A stretch of DNA of 64,000 bases. Source: Burkholderiales bacterium. GTDB taxonomy: Bacteria; Pseudomonadota; Gammaproteobacteria; Burkholderiales; Nitrosomonadaceae. Positions 33,394 to 42,070 of this stretch are shown here, piece by piece (the stretch's first letter is position 1; the number at the start of each line of letters is the position of its first letter). Both the position numbers and the translations under genes were made by a program. The notes below the pieces were generated by a model, which ran no database searches, had not been told where the DNA came from, and was given only the letters and a program-made list of their open reading frames with translations. The stretch covers positions 108,546 through 172,545 of the forward strand of contig JACKLV010000002.1 of the NCBI GenBank assembly GCA_024235755.1, written 5' to 3'.

Positions 33394-34059
33394 TTAATTC
33401 GTGCGGCGGCGAGCAAATAAAGCCCCTATTATGCCGACACTAAATAATAAGAGTATTCCGGGCTCAGGAACTACTGTGGTGCCGCCACGAATATATAAAT
33501 TCATGTGTGATAAAGCGGGAAGTTGTCCGCCGTTATTCTGAAAATTAATTGAAAATGTACCGTTATTGTTGGCCACTACCTGGGCGTCGTCAAAGAACCA
33601 TAAAGCATAGCGATCACTTGCCTTCAGCATACCGACAAAATCGAAATTAGTGGGAAAGTTTGGCGGCGCTGCGCCATTAGTATCTACAGCTGTTAAAGTC
33701 CAGCTACCGCTTGTGCCGGCGCCAGCAGTTAGTGTGAAGTCAAACCCGCCAAACGAGCCCGTTCCTACACCAGGGCTGCCAGGGTCGTCGTCTTTTGCAA
33801 GAAATGTCCAATCAGTTCCCCATGTCAGTCCAAGATTATTGAAGCCTGTGGTCAGATTACCTTGAACTTTGGGCTCATTTCCCAAGACAACGCCATAGCA
33901 GTCATCCGCATTGTTTCCATTAAAAGTCATGTCGCTGAAACTCAGTCCATCCGGATTAGGCGAGCCGGAAACACTGCAGTAAGTCGGCGCTGCGTTGGCC
34001 AAGCCTGAGAATAGCATCATTGCAGATGTGATGACGCAATATTTTGTAAACTTATTCAT
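33394..34059 (-). CDS. PEP-CTERM sorting-domain secreted protein
   Basis: It has a signal peptide (MNKFTKYCVITSAMMLFSGLANA). The C-terminal VPEPGILLLFSVGIIGALFARRRTN is PEP, a TM helix and a basic tail. A GAGGA Shine-Dalgarno lies 9-10 nt before the ATG at 34059. Confidence 0.85.
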   Translation of the reverse strand: MNKFTKYCVITSAMMLFSGLANAAPTYCSVSGSPNPDGLSFSDMTFNGNNADDCYGVVLGNEPKVQGNLTTGFNNLGLTWGTDWTFLAKDDDPGSPGVGTGSFGGFDFTLTAGAGTSGSWTLTAVDTNGAAPPNFPTNFDFVGMLKASDRYALWFFDDAQVVANNNGTFSINFQNNGGQLPALSHMNLYIRGGTTVVPEPGILLLFSVGIIGALFARRRTN

Positions 34060-34132
34060 AACTGCACTTCCTCTTAATACTGTAAAAATTATTATGTTTA
34101 TTTTTCGTTGCTGATATCTTACTCTATTTATT

Positions 34133-34148
34133 AGCAAGAATCGTGCCA
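34133..34148 (-). promoter_or_regulatory. Sigma54 (-24/-12) promoter driving the PEP-CTERM gene
   Basis: The minus strand reads TGGCAC-GATTC-TTGCT, an exact match to the TGGCAC-N5-TTGCW consensus with correct GG/GC spacing. It lies about 75 nt upstream of the ATG. Confidence 0.7.
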
Positions 34149-34358
34149 TATTTTTGTGTTGTTGTAATATGATGATATATATATTAAATATTTTGGTGTT
34201 GGTGCATCGGTTTTATTCATGTTCGGATGTTGTAAAATTTTCCGACAAAAGTGTGGACTCTGTGCATCGTATTTGCACGCTATAAATGAATAAGGGGTAT
34301 GTTATGTCGTCGCTTCAGATGTGTTGTTACTACAAGCCGATTAGTGCTTAATGATGCA

Positions 34359-36275
34359 TTAGAAATAATAATTGACTGCTAAGATGCCTTCATTGTTATG
34401 GTCGTAACGGTTGAATTCCAGCCGCAAATCTAGGTTTTGTGTGAGTGCATACCGAGTGATGGCATGTGTCGTGAAAAATCGTTTTTGTTCACCCAGAGCA
34501 AATACCCGGTAGTTTCCCGCCAATTTGATTCTCAAATGCTGATTGATGTTATAGTACATGCCTATTTCCGCATTGCCGCCAAGCCGGTAATCCCGTTTCA
34601 AATGACCGGAAAAATCGGCTTTCAAGTCCAGAAATGAAAATAACAGCAGCGGTGAAAAAAAGGCGGGACGGTAAGCAATTCCCCTGCCGTAACTGCCGGA
34701 GACTGTGTTGCAATAATTGCAGTCCTGGTCTCTGAGTGTGTCAATGCTGAAATCGAAACGCCACGACGGCTTAAAAAATAGTGGATCGTAGGAATTAAGC
34801 GCAGTAATAGAAAGTAAACGCGCTTGATCCAGACGCATACGTTCGGTTTCGAAAAAATAACGGAGTTTAAAATCCATAAAAATAATTTCCGAATCTTTAT
34901 CATAGCCTTCGTCTCTGGCCATTAAATCATGATAGGCGGGCCGATAGGCAATTTCCATGAAAGTTTCGCGGTCATTATGTCCTGTTGCAATCCTGAAGCG
35001 GTCGGCGCCATGCCCGAGATGTGGCGGACTGGAAAAATGGTGTGAAGCTTCTTGCGTTTCTTCATCGTACTGCAAGCGGCTTCTTGCCAGCAACACCGGG
35101 TATGGAATTTTTACTTCATGGTCGCTGCGTTGCTGCATGCTTTGATACTGGAGGTAATCCATATAGGCATCCAGTAAAAGCGCCTGCGTTTTGACCGGAA
35201 GCCGGTTGAACTCATCTGCTTCCAGTGAAATTTTTTCTTCGACAATGGCTTGAAATATTTGTTTTTGTTCGCGCGTCATCAAATGCCGTTTTTGATTCAT
35301 GAGACTCACGATTGATGGGCGGTACACGACTTTGTTAACCAGATTGTCCTGCGCCATGACAATTTTGACTGTATCTGCGGGGATGACGCTGAAAAGGAAT
35401 TGATCTTTTAACCGCAGTTCGGGTCTGGCAATTTCGAAAAGCGATAAAACGTGATAGGAACAGTTTTCCTGAAAATAATAATAATCAAAATACGTACCGC
35501 CAAGCTCCCATAAATGCAGCAGCATGGTGTTTAGCTGCGCCGCAGTGAAATTGAGTTCATACTCCCAAAGATCGCGGCTTTCCAAATTGTTATATTCCTG
35601 AACTTTGGTGTAATAGGGGAAAATGGCAAAACGTCCCTCAAATGAGCCGGTTAAACCCCGCCATGCATACAGAATCGGATTGTCGGTATCCGGGACCGCA
35701 GCGTAATTGGCGCCGTAATTTGTGAGTTTTCTGTCGTCTTTCCGGTTTCTGCTGTCGATGCGCACTAGTGTGTGGCCAAACATTGACGCCGGATTATTCA
35801 GATAGTAAGTCGCAAAAACCAGTGTCACACCGACCGGGTCCAGTTCATCAACCCAGCGTTCAAGCCGCTCACATATCTGTATTTCGAGGCGATGGTTGTC
35901 AAATTGAAGCTGCTGGTTCAGCCACTGGAAACGGGCCGGAAAATGACACTGCGGATGTTCTTTGTTTTCTGCCAGTTCACTGGCGGGGAGAAAAAAGCTG
36001 GCCAGGGTGGCGGCAAGCTCTGATTCAGGATTGGTTTTTCCGTCAGGCGCATTGAAAAAATCCATGCCATCTGCTTCACTGATCACGCCGCCGATCAGCC
36101 GCGGCTGGTATTTGAGCAACAAGTGCCAGACGCGTTGTTCGTGAAGCTCTAATTGTTTGGCTTGTTGTTGCAGTTTAATCAGATAATCGTTGCCATAGGC
36201 GTTTGTAAACGAAGTGGTCGCAAATAGCAGACAAACGAAGATAGCAATTCTTGTAACAGATAAAAGGGGCAGCAC
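34359..36275 (-). CDS. Large envelope protein, DUF4105-like, with a beta-barrel-like C-terminus (GTG start)
   Basis: It has a signal peptide (IAIFVCLLFATTSFTNA) and the motif ASMFGHTLVRID, which I associate with DUF4105. The C-terminus has alternating hydrophobic residues and ends in ...AVNYYF, the terminal aromatic typical of OMPs. The family name needs an HMM check. Confidence 0.55.
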   Translation of the reverse strand: MLPLLSVTRIAIFVCLLFATTSFTNAYGNDYLIKLQQQAKQLELHEQRVWHLLLKYQPRLIGGVISEADGMDFFNAPDGKTNPESELAATLASFFLPASELAENKEHPQCHFPARFQWLNQQLQFDNHRLEIQICERLERWVDELDPVGVTLVFATYYLNNPASMFGHTLVRIDSRNRKDDRKLTNYGANYAAVPDTDNPILYAWRGLTGSFEGRFAIFPYYTKVQEYNNLESRDLWEYELNFTAAQLNTMLLHLWELGGTYFDYYYFQENCSYHVLSLFEIARPELRLKDQFLFSVIPADTVKIVMAQDNLVNKVVYRPSIVSLMNQKRHLMTREQKQIFQAIVEEKISLEADEFNRLPVKTQALLLDAYMDYLQYQSMQQRSDHEVKIPYPVLLARSRLQYDEETQEASHHFSSPPHLGHGADRFRIATGHNDRETFMEIAYRPAYHDLMARDEGYDKDSEIIFMDFKLRYFFETERMRLDQARLLSITALNSYDPLFFKPSWRFDFSIDTLRDQDCNYCNTVSGSYGRGIAYRPAFFSPLLLFSFLDLKADFSGHLKRDYRLGGNAEIGMYYNINQHLRIKLAGNYRVFALGEQKRFFTTHAITRYALTQNLDLRLEFNRYDHNNEGILAVNYYF

Positions 36276-36305
36276 AAAAAACTGTTGATTGGAGTGCCGG
36301 ATTTA

Positions 36306-36334
36306 GCGGATACAGGCAGACTGCCTATATCCGC
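36306..36334. repeat. 29-nt near-perfect palindrome or hairpin between the DUF3015 and DUF4105 genes
   Basis: The sequence GCGGATACAGGCAGACTGCCTATATCCGC pairs at 13 of 14 positions. It sits in the 66-nt intercistronic gap. Confidence 0.6.
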
Positions 36335-36341
36335 ATGGTTT

Positions 36342-36851
36342 TTAATTCAGTGCCGATAGCTGAAGATGGCAAGCTTTTGATAAGCTGTGATGTTGGCTCA
36401 GCATTGTTTCAAGTTGACTGAGCAATGCATCCGGGGTTGTTTGAGCACCGGGTACGATGTCATTGAATTTTTTCTGGGTCATTGCACCGAACTCCTGATA
36501 TTGCGCAGTGGGGCATTGATACATGCTGGCTAGAATGTTGAGATGCTCGCCTTTGCCCTGAGCCATTTCTTTTACCAAACTGGTGTAATTTTCTGAAGCG
36601 AACACTTCTCTTTCCTTGCTCAAATTGAGCAGGCCATGGTCGCCGCAATTTGACGTGCCGGAAGTCATGCCGAAAGTTTGAGAACCCGAGGTGCCGTTGG
36701 TTGTTGCGGCAAAAATCTGTTCCGGACCCCGTTCCGAGCCAATGACTATTGAACCCAGTCCGCATCCGGCCGTACCATATCCTGCAGCAAAAACAGACAT
36801 CGGAAACAAAAACAGAAACGCTGTGAATAGAAGCAAATTATTGCGTACCAT
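36342..36851 (-). CDS. Secreted protein, DUF3015-like
   Basis: It has a signal peptide and the motifs GCGLGS and TTNGTSGSQTFGMTSGTSNCG, which I associate with DUF3015. The family name needs an HMM check. Confidence 0.55.
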   Translation of the reverse strand: MVRNNLLLFTAFLFLFPMSVFAAGYGTAGCGLGSIVIGSERGPEQIFAATTNGTSGSQTFGMTSGTSNCGDHGLLNLSKEREVFASENYTSLVKEMAQGKGEHLNILASMYQCPTAQYQEFGAMTQKKFNDIVPGAQTTPDALLSQLETMLSQHHSLSKACHLQLSALN

Positions 36852-37069
36852 AAATATTCTCCTTATTGACGATGTTCTGCGCCAAACCGAAGATTATACG
36901 ACCGGTTTGAAAGCAGATATGAATCGAAACTTTAAGAAATTGTTGTTCTAGCCAAGACTATTAGAACGTTGTTGAATCTACTTAAACTTCTTAGAGCTGT
37001 CAAACAAAAGCCGAATATGGTAATCAATTACTGTAAGATTATAAGGGTTTGTTAAAAGCAGCATATGGT

Positions 37070-37933
37070 TCAGTATTGATTTAAGTTTTCAATAAAGGAT
37101 AGAAATTTGCTGCGGTACCTGTGATCATGTCCCCAGAATACGTCGGTATGTCTGCCTTTTGGTATTTTCCAAAGCGTTTTCGGCTCGGCCAGTTTTTCAA
37201 AAATCCTGTCACCGAAGATGGGTTCAACTGTCGCGTCTTGCTGTCCGTGTATTACCAGAACCGGTACTGGCGATAATGACGCCAGGTGCTCGGGAGCCCA
37301 GCGGTCGCTAAACAGCAAGTGGCTCAGGGGTTGCATCGGCCAGGTCAGCCAGTGATGAGACAGCTTAGCGCGTGCAATTTTCTGGAAGGAATCAAAAGTG
37401 CTGTCAGCGACCACCAATCTCAAATCGACTTCGTCTTTTTTATCGATTGCCGTGCGTAAGGCGATGTTACCGCCCAGGCTTTGTCCATAAATAATAATCG
37501 GACCGTTTTTTACCTTATGGTTGCTGACCCAATCGATAGCTGCATGACCCGATTCGACGCAGCTTTGAGGTGATGGGTTTCCCTCGGACCGCCCGTAACC
37601 GGGGTAGTCGAAAATGAAGATATTGTAATGTTCATGACTGATCCAGGCCAGCTGAAGAAAATGCGATGTCAGATTTTCAGCATTGCCATGAAAGAAAATG
37701 ATGGTCGCTTTTGCGGGTGTTTTTTTGGCAGAAAACCACCACCCGTGAAGTTGTCTATCGGCGATGTCGGAAAAAAAAACATTTTCCGGCTTGAATCCGG
37801 CCGTTTCGGGATCAAAAAAGCGATGCCGTGTATCGGGATAGTACAGCAAGTTAGAACAGCCGCTAAATAGCAAAACTGCTACGAGCAGAAAACAATCGTG
37901 AATGCTGACTTGGTTCAGAATCTGTCTGTGCAT
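37070..37933 (-). CDS. Alpha/beta-hydrolase, probable lipoprotein
   Basis: The nucleophile elbow GQSLGG, an HGNAEN oxyanion region and a late His (KGRHTD) are present. The lipobox-like LLFSGC follows MHRQILNQ... The ORF also opens at 37978. Confidence 0.75.
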   Translation of the reverse strand: MHRQILNQVSIHDCFLLVAVLLFSGCSNLLYYPDTRHRFFDPETAGFKPENVFFSDIADRQLHGWWFSAKKTPAKATIIFFHGNAENLTSHFLQLAWISHEHYNIFIFDYPGYGRSEGNPSPQSCVESGHAAIDWVSNHKVKNGPIIIYGQSLGGNIALRTAIDKKDEVDLRLVVADSTFDSFQKIARAKLSHHWLTWPMQPLSHLLFSDRWAPEHLASLSPVPVLVIHGQQDATVEPIFGDRIFEKLAEPKTLWKIPKGRHTDVFWGHDHRYRSKFLSFIENLNQY

Positions 37934-38173
37934 CAATTTTTCACAGGATAAATGCTGGATTTGACAGGTATCGTTCATACAGCTTGAATGGATGCAACAT
38001 GGCTATTAACATAGTGTTTATGCGTGGTTTACACATCGTTAACAATGGTATATACAGATCATATCAGGTTTCCAGTGCTTTATCCGTATGCTATTGCCAG
38101 GCATAGGGTCTGCCAATTGAGTATAAACAATAGGCTATAAGATTTGTTGTTTTTAAAGTTTTGCATGCGTTGA

Positions 38174-38196
38174 GTTTGTGTTGAGTCAACACAAAC
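38174..38196. promoter_or_regulatory. 23-bp perfect palindrome, candidate operator
   Basis: GTTTGTGTTGA-G-TCAACACAAAC has 11-bp arms and a 1-nt centre. It lies in the divergent intergenic region between the hydrolase and the LMW-PTP, about 90 nt upstream of the PTP ATG. Confidence 0.5.
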
Positions 38197-38242
38197 CACT
38201 GGTTACTGAGGCGCTTGAATGTGCTCGGACTAGAGATAAAAT

Positions 38243-38250
38243 TGTATAAT
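38243..38250 (+). promoter_or_regulatory. Possible extended -10 element (TGTATAAT) for the LMW-PTP gene
   Basis: A TGnTATAAT match lies 37 nt upstream of the ATG at 38287. There is no good -35. Confidence 0.3.
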
Positions 38251-38286
38251 GATATTGTTGACATCATTTAATAGTCAGACCTGTTT

Positions 38287-38796
38287 ATGAAGCCTGAGTC
38301 CAAAAATCAAATTAAAGTACTTTTTGTCTGTATGGGCAATATATGCCGTTCGCCTACAGCGGATGCGGTGTTTAGGCATACTGTAAGAAAAGCCAACCTG
38401 CACCATGCGTTTTTGGTTGATTCTGCCGGAACTCACGCTTACCATGTCGGCGATCCGCCGGATCGCCGTGCGCAAAGTTCGGCTTTAAAGCGTGGTTATC
38501 AAATGGATGATTTGCGTGCCCGTAAAGTTCACCCGGAAGATTTCGCTAAGTTCGACTATATTTTGGCAATGGATAATGAGAATCTCTCGCTGTTACAGCA
38601 ACGTTGTCCGGATCAATTCAGCCACAAGCTCGAATTGATGATGCGTTACAGTGCCGGTATCTATAGTAATCATGAAGTGCCCGATCCCTATTTTGGGGGT
38701 GATCAGGGATTTGAAATAGTGCTTGACATGATTGAGGAAGCCAGCCTGGGATTATTGGAGCATATTCGCGGCCGAAAAATACAAAATGATTCCTGA
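38287..38796 (+). CDS. Low-molecular-weight protein-tyrosine phosphatase
   Basis: The CX5R(S) P-loop VLFVCMGNICRSPTA and the C-terminal DP motif (VPDPYFG) are present. Confidence 0.9.
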   Translation: MKPESKNQIKVLFVCMGNICRSPTADAVFRHTVRKANLHHAFLVDSAGTHAYHVGDPPDRRAQSSALKRGYQMDDLRARKVHPEDFAKFDYILAMDNENLSLLQQRCPDQFSHKLELMMRYSAGIYSNHEVPDPYFGGDQGFEIVLDMIEEASLGLLEHIRGRKIQNDS

Positions 38797-38849
38797 TTAA
38801 CGGATTTCAGTAATGCAGAGAATACGGCTGTAAACCATCCAGAATTGCA

Positions 38850-39629
38850 TTAGGGAATGCTAATCTCAAACAAAGTTGGCCAGTTTTTACCGGTTACATA
38901 AAAAGTCTCAGTTTCCGGTAAGTATGCGATACCGTTGAGCATATCCTGAAAATCGCGTCTGCCTGAGCGCGCAATGATCGCCTGGCAATTGATTACTCGT
39001 AGTACTTTGCCTGTGAAGCGGTCAATTTCATAAATATGATTGTGAAATTGTACATTCGCATAAATTTTATCGCCGACGCACTCCAGATCATTAATATGAT
39101 CTAACGGTCTATCGTTCATGGTTACTGGTAATATGGAGGTAATGATGAATTGTTCATTTCTGAATACCAGTTCATCGCTACCGTTACTCATGACATAGCC
39201 GCCATTGCAGCTAGCCAGCCCCCAGCCTTCGCCTTTAAAACTGAATCCGTTACTGAGTCGTTCCAGGTTATTCGGATTATAATTCAATGTCTTCCCTGAC
39301 GTGTATGTCAACTGTACCAGTTGATTATTCAGAATGGCAATGCCTTCGCACCATTCATGATTAATATTGATCTCTTGTTGAACTGCGCCACTTAGACGAT
39401 CAAGCTGACGCAGCCGGGATGCGCCCACGAGTCCGGTGCTCTCGTATAATTGACCTTGATGAAAAGCGAGTCCTTGCGTGTAGGCATTCTGATCATGCGG
39501 AAGGGCGCGAACAATGCTGGGTGTGATTTTGGGCAATCCAATTGTTTGCAACTTGAAATGCAACCAGCCGAGCGGTTTTTTTAGGCCAGTGTAATTCAAT
39601 AACTGAATGAGTGAGTCGCGTTTTATCAT
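38850..39629 (-). CDS. Glutaminyl-peptide cyclotransferase, plant/bacterial beta-propeller type
   Basis: It has the motif YPHD-like ALPHDQNAYTQGLAFHQGQLYESTGLVGASRLRQLD and repeated propeller-blade patterns. No hydrophobic signal peptide follows the most upstream start. Confidence 0.75.
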   Translation of the reverse strand: MIKRDSLIQLLNYTGLKKPLGWLHFKLQTIGLPKITPSIVRALPHDQNAYTQGLAFHQGQLYESTGLVGASRLRQLDRLSGAVQQEININHEWCEGIAILNNQLVQLTYTSGKTLNYNPNNLERLSNGFSFKGEGWGLASCNGGYVMSNGSDELVFRNEQFIITSILPVTMNDRPLDHINDLECVGDKIYANVQFHNHIYEIDRFTGKVLRVINCQAIIARSGRRDFQDMLNGIAYLPETETFYVTGKNWPTLFEISIP

Positions 39630-39696
39630 CGATATGCGTTCTGGCTAGCTAAAGAATATGTCCATAGCTGTGACGGTTTGGGAGGTTGGTTCAGAT

Positions 39697-40872
39697 TTAT
39701 TTTTTGCCGCCAAATTTCCATAGCAACTTGCTGACATGCATGCGGAGGTTATATTTTTCAAGCAATCGTCCCGCGGCGTTTGATAGCTTGTCGATGGTGC
39801 GCATGGCATAGACTATTAGATTATTTTGCCAGTTTCGTGGAACCAGGTATACATAGCTTTCGGTTGTTGCTGTCGTGCTGAGCCTTTTTTTGTGCAAATT
39901 GTCATCATTGCCGAAATCAAAGCGCTTCACCTTCCCATTTGAAGCGATCAGGTCGGGCACAATTTCAGTGTGAAGAAAAATACCTGCTTGCGATTTTCCC
40001 CAGTCAGGATCGTAACCGATTTCCTGCGCGTGATAACAGCCGTTATATAAATGACCTACCTGAAATGCAATGGGTTGTTGATCGGCAAACAATACGTAAC
40101 TGCGGAACCACCCCAGTTTTGCTGTGGTTTCATATTTTTTTTCCAGATGTTGCCGATCTCGCAATCCGCCACCCAAAAGAATATATTGATACGTACGTGC
40201 TGATACGGCCATAGCTGCGTCCAGAAAATCACTGATTTCATCGCTGGATCGGTAGCATATTGTTTTATAGGTGCCGACAGAATCAATGAATCGTTTGCGC
40301 GTTCGCTTCAAGTCACTACGCGTACTTGATCCTAACTGCTTCAGGTACTTGTCATAATCACCGGTAAAATCGATATAACGGTGTGAGTATCGCTGACCGT
40401 ATTCGAAAATATGATATGACGAATGCAGCGGAGAATTTTTTGTAAACAGTTGCGCCAGCGGTGATCCATCGGTTACGGACTGTAGAAATATCGCTTCATT
40501 CTGACCAAGCTGGTTACGCAACGATTCAAATAGATTTTGCAGGACATTCAGTTTATCCAAATCAGCATGATTGTCGAGCAAGGGGGGGGCAAATAACGTA
40601 TAGCGACGAATCCGGCGCGAATAAAGTGTCCAGTTACTTAAGTTGATACGCAAGGCTGATGGATGCACAAAGAAGGTCGCCCAACCTACCGGCTTGTCCG
40701 ATTGCTCGAGTATGAATCTTTCCAGATGTTTGTCGTTTCCATAAATGAGCGATGCCAGCCAACGCTGATCCTGCTCAAGTGACATTTCAATATCTGGATT
40801 AACAGCTAAGTCGTGATCAGATTGAGTGGGTGATTTTTTTTTCCAGATCGCTGGTGATGATGACATATTCAC
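39697..40872 (-). CDS. FemAB/CelD-like GNAT-fold acyl- or aminoacyl-transferase, paralog 1
   Basis: The 391-aa product shares blocks with the adjacent paralog (FFVHPSAL, LGSxTRxxxxR, GWxRSxxLF, PIAF/PVAF, IGYDPxW, FDF, YLVPR/YLIPR). The pattern resembles the Acetyltransf_6 (BioF2/CelD-like) family. This needs HMM confirmation. Confidence 0.6.
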   Translation of the reverse strand: MNMSSSPAIWKKKSPTQSDHDLAVNPDIEMSLEQDQRWLASLIYGNDKHLERFILEQSDKPVGWATFFVHPSALRINLSNWTLYSRRIRRYTLFAPPLLDNHADLDKLNVLQNLFESLRNQLGQNEAIFLQSVTDGSPLAQLFTKNSPLHSSYHIFEYGQRYSHRYIDFTGDYDKYLKQLGSSTRSDLKRTRKRFIDSVGTYKTICYRSSDEISDFLDAAMAVSARTYQYILLGGGLRDRQHLEKKYETTAKLGWFRSYVLFADQQPIAFQVGHLYNGCYHAQEIGYDPDWGKSQAGIFLHTEIVPDLIASNGKVKRFDFGNDDNLHKKRLSTTATTESYVYLVPRNWQNNLIVYAMRTIDKLSNAAGRLLEKYNLRMHVSKLLWKFGGKK

Positions 40873-40891
40873 CTGTCAAAAATGTTTAAAG

Positions 40892-42070
40892 TTAGGATTG
40901 TGTCGATTTGCGACGAAGGAAGCGGCGTAATTTGGATTTGATACCATACTCATCTAGAAACCTGCCGAGTCGATCAATTATCGCGTTAAACAGCCGCAGG
41001 GTACGCGCAACACTCGATAAAGGAAATAATCGCGGAATGAGATAAAAATTTTGCTCTTCATGGCTGGTGTTGCTGAGCCGGGCTTTATTTCCGCTGTCGC
41101 CATACATGAAATCAAAATTGCTTGCATTCTGTTCAATCAGATCCTTAACAGTATATATATGCGTCACCAAACCTACCGAAGATTTCGTCCATTTGGGATC
41201 ATATCCTATATGCGTCGAATAATAGGTTTGATTGTGCAAAAAACCATGGTCGAATGCTACGGGTTCATCGTTACAGAATAAAATATGGCTTCTTAACCAG
41301 CCTTTTTCTGCAGCATAATGCAGTTCCCGGTAAGTTTCATCATTTTCTGAAATGCCTAAATCGAGCAATTTGTGCTGATAAGTTTTTGCCGACAGCGATT
41401 GCAGTTGCTTGAGCAATTCCGGTACTTCATCAGGACCGGAGTAAACATGAAAAGTAATTGCTGCTTCATCGTTTATTCTTCGAAGTGAACGGCGTACCTC
41501 GGCGCGCGTTTTTGAACCTAGAGTGCCAATGTATTTTTCGATGTCATCCGGCAGTTGAATCAAGCGTCTTTGATATGATTCACCGTAGGGAAGCACCAGA
41601 TATTGTTTTGAAAGCAGATCGTTGTTAGCTAGAAATTGCCCGAAAGTGGACTCGAATGGAACCCCAAGACCAAACAAAACATCGCGAGAACTCAGGATTT
41701 CGCGTAACTGTTTAAACAAGCTCTGGAGCAGTTCCTCTGATTCAGGATAATGCTCTGCAACCAGCGGTTGTGCTGTAATGGTATAACGGTTGACACGGTA
41801 ATTGAACATCGATACGCCAAACAAACTGAAGCTTAGGGCGGATGGATGTACAAAAAAAGGCGCATAGCCAATTAACGTCTCATCTCTTGCTAAGCTGACA
41901 AAAGCTTTGACGGATTTATCGGGGCCACACTTCGTCGATAGCCAGTCAAGATCGTGATCCATGACTGCGTTCGGATGTGCTTTAATAAAATGGCTTATCG
42001 TATTTTTTATTTTCTGGCGATCATCTGTGTTGAATGTCTCTAGATCTAGCCATTTTAAATCTGTATCCAT
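40892..42070 (-). CDS. FemAB/CelD-like GNAT-fold acyl- or aminoacyl-transferase, paralog 2
   Basis: It has the same conserved blocks as paralog 1, from which it is separated by 19 nt. ATG 42070 (MDTDLKWL) is preferred over TTG 42103. Confidence 0.6.
   Translation of the reverse strand: MDTDLKWLDLETFNTDDRQKIKNTISHFIKAHPNAVMDHDLDWLSTKCGPDKSVKAFVSLARDETLIGYAPFFVHPSALSFSLFGVSMFNYRVNRYTITAQPLVAEHYPESEELLQSLFKQLREILSSRDVLFGLGVPFESTFGQFLANNDLLSKQYLVLPYGESYQRRLIQLPDDIEKYIGTLGSKTRAEVRRSLRRINDEAAITFHVYSGPDEVPELLKQLQSLSAKTYQHKLLDLGISENDETYRELHYAAEKGWLRSHILFCNDEPVAFDHGFLHNQTYYSTHIGYDPKWTKSSVGLVTHIYTVKDLIEQNASNFDFMYGDSGNKARLSNTSHEEQNFYLIPRLFPLSSVARTLRLFNAIIDRLGRFLDEYGIKSKLRRFLRRKSTQS

Noticed and set aside
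34060-34149. A 30-aa N-terminal extension of the PEP-CTERM ORF (track start at 34149).
   Set aside because: The extension would begin inside the sigma54 promoter. The internal ATG at 34059 has a GAGGA Shine-Dalgarno and is immediately followed by a canonical signal peptide.
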